Below are positions 59,140 through 64,000 of a stretch of 64,000 nucleotides of DNA, one piece after another. The position numbers were made by a program, and so were the translations under genes. The DNA lies in assembly GCF_000143415.4 (NCBI RefSeq), contig NW_003314381.1:298811-362810 (forward strand), read 5' to 3'. The notes beneath the pieces were generated by a model. That model was not told where the DNA came from. It worked only from the letters and a program-made list of their open reading frames with translations, and did not search any database. This stretch comes from Selaginella moellendorffii (Eukaryota > Plantae > Lycopodiophyta). Position 1 is the first letter of the stretch; each line of letters begins with the position of its first letter.

Positions 59140-62100
59140 ATGGAGGAAGATGATGAGAGCTCCGATTCCAGCTTCTCGACCCTGTCGTCTTCGGCGCCGC
59201 TGACAAGGAATGCGAGCGGCATTGGCTGCTCCTCGATCTTTACCAGGATTCGAGGAGGTCGAGGTAGGCAGCATCGCCAGCATCATCGCGTCAGGGGCGG
59301 CGCCGATCGAGCTGGTGCTGTCAGGATCGGATCGAGCCCTTACAAATCGCAGGAGAGGATTCTTTCCAGGCAGAAGGGAGATGCGAGGAATCGATCGGGG
59401 CTGGGCCAATTGCTCTCGCCGGATCGTCTCAACGTGTCTGTTGCTCGCAATATTTTTCCTGGCGACAATGTGGTGGATGAACAGGCCAGCTCCTTTCGGC
59501 GAGATAGAATGTCGCAGAAACTTTGCGAAGCGTCGGGAACCAAGATCGAGCAGCCCCACAAATCTGGAACTCTATCATCAGCCATCGCGGAAATCTTTCG
59601 CTGTTTCATCTGCTTGGGAAAGGTAGTAGTCTTTCTCGTTCCATATAGAGTCTCACTGACCGTTCTTTGTTTTGTTTCTTCATTCCAGCTTATGGATGCT
59701 CAACTTTGTCCATGCTGCTCTAAGCTGGTGTGCATGCTATGTATCAAAGTACGCCTTGCAGCCTGAATCATTTCCAAGGTCATTTGATAAACTCAAGCTT
59801 TTCTCACTTCTTTTTCTCATCTGTGTTGTCGGCCTGGTTGCAGCGCTGGTTAACCGATCAGAAGCCCGAGTGCCCTCACTGCCGTGCCTCGCTCTCGGTC
59901 TCGCAACTTGTAGGCTGCAAATTCATTTCCGAGATTACGACGGTACGTGAGTTTGCTAGTTCCGACTGTCTTCTCATCCATTTTGCTTTTGCAGGAAGTG
60001 GAGAAAATACACGGGAATTTTGACGAGGATGCTCCACCAGAGAAGGTAGAAGGCTACATTTTCGTGTGCTCGCACCGACCTTTTCTATTGCAGATTTGCC
60101 CAGCTCATGGCAGTCCACTTTCGTATTTCTGCACCACATGCTCGACCGCAGTGTGCTCCGACTGCGCCATCCTGGCCGAGGTCATACTCGCTCTTTTTTT
60201 TTTTTCACTTATCTTACTCTGGTTTCTATAGAGCCACCAAAACCACTCGTTTGAACGCCTAAATGTGACCTATGGAAGGCATTCCAAAAAATTGCATGTC
60301 GAGGCATCAGCTCTACGTTCACGTCTTAAAGTAAGGATTATTACGACTGTTACGTGTAATGCTAAGTCTTCTCTTTTGCTCAGGATTTGTATGATATGCT
60401 GGCGTCGGTTGACAATGACATTGAAGCTGTCTTGAAGGTATATCATATGTTTGCGAGTGTGACTTATGTCCTTAAGAACAGGCCAAAGATGATCAAGCGA
60501 CTGAGATTGAAGCGGCTTTCAAAAGAATGCGGGTGAGAACTGCTTTCTTTTTGCAAGAACAGGAATTGCTATCGTTTTGCTGATATGACATGCAGGCGAA
60601 GCTCGAAGAACAGCTCAAATGCAAGCTGCTGACACTATTGGCACAGAAGGGTACTGTTTCTCAAGAGGTATGAGATTTTATTTATGTTACGGCTCAGCCT
60701 GATTTGCAGGCCTCTGCAGGTGGAGTTGTTAGAGACCATTTTGCGTCAACTTGATTTTCAATTAACTACATCGTCTAAGAGCGATCTCATCGCTCATGAA
60801 CCGACAATTACATGTATTATACAGGTGATACTGGTTCTTGTTGTGTAGCGCACGATCTCATTCGATAAGTTTCCAGGACTTGCACAAGAAAATCAATCTT
60901 GAATTAAGGCGGGACCCTGTCTCTTCAGATTTTGTTTCCGAGGTATCCCACGCAGAGCTAACTTTATGCATTATACAATTTTTGTGGTAGGTTATTCCTC
61001 CGTTTGAGCACGGGGAGCTTGTTCTTGAGAACTTCAGAAAGTATTTGCATGCGAAACCAAGCGAGAGCAACGATTCTTCTAGTACAACTGACTCCACAAG
61101 CGACATCGTTTACAGTGCGGTGGGTACCTTAGATGCAGTGGACATAACAAGGAGGTGAAATAATGGCATCTTGTTTGAAACTTGTCACTGCTAACTAAAA
61201 CTGCTTCCTTGCTGTAGCCGATTTCTGCCGCCGGGATTACCTGGCGCCTAAAGGTACTTGAAGTGCTCATGCGGTTGCAGTCACGATCCTGACTTGATCG
61301 TGCAGGTGTATCCAAATGGTAGTGGTTCATCGAAGGGAAGCCACATTTCTGCATTTCTTGAGGTCGGCCCTTTCATTCAATGCACCTGAGAAAAACTAAC
61401 GCTAGTCACGTCTAGATGGTCAAAGGTGGCTCTGAGCCTACAACATATGAATATGGCATAGAGATGTTACATCGTTCGCAGCCGCACATGAAAGTTGTGA
61501 GGCGATTCTCTTCGGATTTTGAGGCAATCGATATCTCCAGATCATTTGATTGTAACTTACAAGGGTCACATTACAGGAAGGTGCATGCTGGGGGTACTAT
61601 CAATTTTTCAAGATTGATGACCTTGAAAACGAAGGGTACCTTCTTCCGGGGGAAGATACACTTACGTTGAGCTTTTACGTCCGAGCTCAAACGTCAGTAA
61701 TCCAATCCATTGATTGACGACTGTGACACTTGATGAATTTGACGCCGTGCTTTCGATTCAGGTTCTTGCAACAATGCCTGGATCTGAGAAGAGCACTGTC
61801 ATCGTGTCAAGCAGAACGGCAGGAGGCGGTGACACAGGTAAAGCACGAGCGCCGTCCTTCTCTTAGTTCAAGTTCTTACACTCAACTTCAGGTGGCGGTC
61901 CTGCGGCGAGCTTTCGCATCGTCAATCTGGCAGCAGCGCCGGAGGAAGAACCGCAGCGTCTCCGAGCTGGAAGACGACCAAGGATCGATAAAGCAGGTCC
62001 TGGCGGGTGCAGTGTCAAGCCTCTTGCCAACTTTTGAACAGCCCAACCCAAAGGCTGCCAGGGACGCATTCAGCCGCTTGGACAAGATACTCCTCAGTGG

Positions 62101-62413
62101 TGTTCCAACTTCAGACGCTCCCCAGAAGTCTGAGCCGCAGGTGGTGGTGGACGACCGCAGCGACGCCCCATCAATGGCGCTGTCCCAGGCATCGGTGCAG
62201 CCAGAGAGCAGGGAGAAGTGTGAGCTGTGGCTCAAGAGCCGAGACAACTTGTTCCAGATGCCAGCTAGTAGGAGCAAGTTTTATGGTCGCAGGGGCCCCA
62301 GGTACAGGAAGAGCAACAGGGCCTTCGATGTCGTTTCGCTTGCCAAGCGCACCAGAATGGCGACGCTGCCTTGCGCCATACCGGAAGGAAACGACGAGAG
62401 CGTCAATACGTGA
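59140..62413 (+). CDS. TRIM37: TRIM37-like E3 ubiquitin ligase (RING, B-box, coiled coil, MATH), many short introns; start may instead be ATG 59509
   Basis: IAEIFRCFICLGK..AQLCPCCSKL.C..CIKRWLTDQKPECPHCRA (TRIM37 RING); CPAH..LSYFCTTC..VCSDCA (B-box); WRLKVYPNG..SAFLE..YEY..RRFSSDFEEGACWGY..FFKID.LENEGYL (MATH). Confidence 0.9.
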
Positions 62414-64000
62414 TTGTCGAGGTAATTTTTTGCTTGGTGGAAATACAAAGTTTGGATTAAGTTTAAATGGACTCTTAAAAGTTCCCGGCTTACTTGAATA
62501 AATACTTCTCAGATTACAAACTGAAATCATCAGAAAGTTATTAATGTTTAAGGAATTGGATTAAGTTTAAATGTCTCGGATTACAAATGCTAGTGTATGA
62601 GCAAGTTGTAAATTTTTAACCAATTAAGGGAACTAACTAGTTGCCTTAGTCAAGATTGATTGGTATCACAAATTCAATTAAACTTGATTTCTCTTTCATT
62701 GGTGAAAGATGAATGAAGCTGCATCTCAGATTGTAATCCTTGAGTGACATCAACCTGGGGTCAGAATTTGCTTGAATTAGGAGGAAGACCAGGTTGAACC
62801 TTCTCAGAGTCAATGCCAATTTTGTGGTGGGACATTGTTGTTTTCAGCTTTTAAATACTTGCCAGCTGCATTATCATTGAAAGTCCCTCCCACTGAATTC
62901 TTATGCCCACAGAAAGTGGAGGGCAAAGATTGAAATCTCCAAGGCCGTTGACATCTCCATCACCCCCAACAGTGCAGTGTGTCAGCAATGCAGCAAGCAA
63001 CACCAACATTATGGTGATGTTGCCCCACAAATCCCTGTGATCCAAACGTCACAAGAGAAAAGAAGAGAAGTGTGGAAGCTCACCTTATCTGATCACACTC
63101 TCTCTCAAGTATCAAATCGAATGAATGGATGCTTCTCTCCACATACCTAGCCCCACTCTTGCAATTTGCCTCCATACTTGGGATTTATCTATTGAGTGTT
63201 TGGATTCCTTTGGGATTCTCCATTCCATTCCCACGTTCTAATTCATGCAAGACAACGATTTGGGAGATTCCGAGCTTCCCAAATGGAGCGATTCACAGCG
63301 CTCCAGCAAAAAGAAAGGCCGAGATCGAGAAAACTGGACGAAATTCTGAAGGGACAAGTTGTCTCTTAAAAGGAGTGAGTGAGTGAGAACTCGCTTTCGC
63401 AACTAGCAGCATATCTCTGTCGCGAATGACAAAAACAAAAGCTTTAGGGCTCCATCTGACGTGGGTCCGACTCGGCGAAGATACCGCCGCGTGGCGAGAC
63501 AGCGGGGACGCCACGTCGCGCGGTTTGGGCGCGCAATTATTGGTCACGGTGCCCCGTACGGGCACTTTGGGCCTCCGTACAGGTGACAATTTGGAGCGAA
63601 CACGAATGGTTTGGGGAGGGATTTTTTTTTTGAAGGAGAGTAGCGAAGGGGTCAGCGGCGGCGGCGGTGGCGGCGGGGCTTTTCTTTTCTCTTGTTTCTC
63701 CGGCGCGGCGGCGGGATTCTTTCGATAGCAGCGAGGATTTTGGATTGCATTGGATTGGATCGTGCTCCAGGATTGTTGGGGATTTCGCATCTCCCGCGCG
63801 GCGCTGGCGTGTCTAGGGCCGCGCGGCAGCTCCCAGGAGCTGCGCAGCGTTCTTGCTGAGGCGGTGCGGCAAAGAAATCGGGGATTTCTCCCCGGGATTT
63901 TGGAGCTGTCCATGCGCGGCGCCCGAAAATGAGGTGAGCCGGAAGAGCTTTCTTGGTCGAAATTTCTCGCTCTCAGAGTCCATGGATTGGATTGCAGCAG

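Noticed and set aside
62700-64000. ORFs 62851-63045, 63129-63386 and 63293-63913, splice-like signals and a weak hairpin near 62885-62925
   Set aside because: No recognisable protein or miRNA. Probably promoter/5' UTR of a neighbouring transcript; needs RNA data.

Overview
Eukaryotic land-plant DNA with very short introns and tightly packed genes; the style suggests a lycophyte such as Selaginella (inference). Three parts. (1) 1-13082: a decayed LTR remnant and a decayed copy of a tandemly duplicated block (nuclease-like ORF, GPAT9 fragments, PERK, ICT1). (2) 13083-49189: a 36-kb, four-level retrotransposon nest. An old ~5-kb Ty3/gypsy element (short LTRs, 4-bp TSD CCAT, tRNA-Ala-like PBS) carries four complete copies (E1-E4) of one non-coding LARD-like LTR family (~1.8-2.1-kb LTRs with a VNTR, tRNA-iMet PBS, 5-bp TSDs all readable). 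(3) 49190-64000: the better-preserved copy of the block (intronless PD-(D/E)XK-like ORF, PERK, ICT1/ArfB), a DEK-C/SWIB gene, an intronless atypical CDKC-like kinase and, head-to-head with it, a TRIM37 ortholog. The main unexplained signal: the ~5-kb predicted RNA of the non-coding family is tiled almost end to end with short stem-loops whose stems are conserved while loops vary across the four copies, including a tRNA-like module with twin TPsiC/B-box hairpins. All calls were made by eye; no alignment, folding or database search was run.
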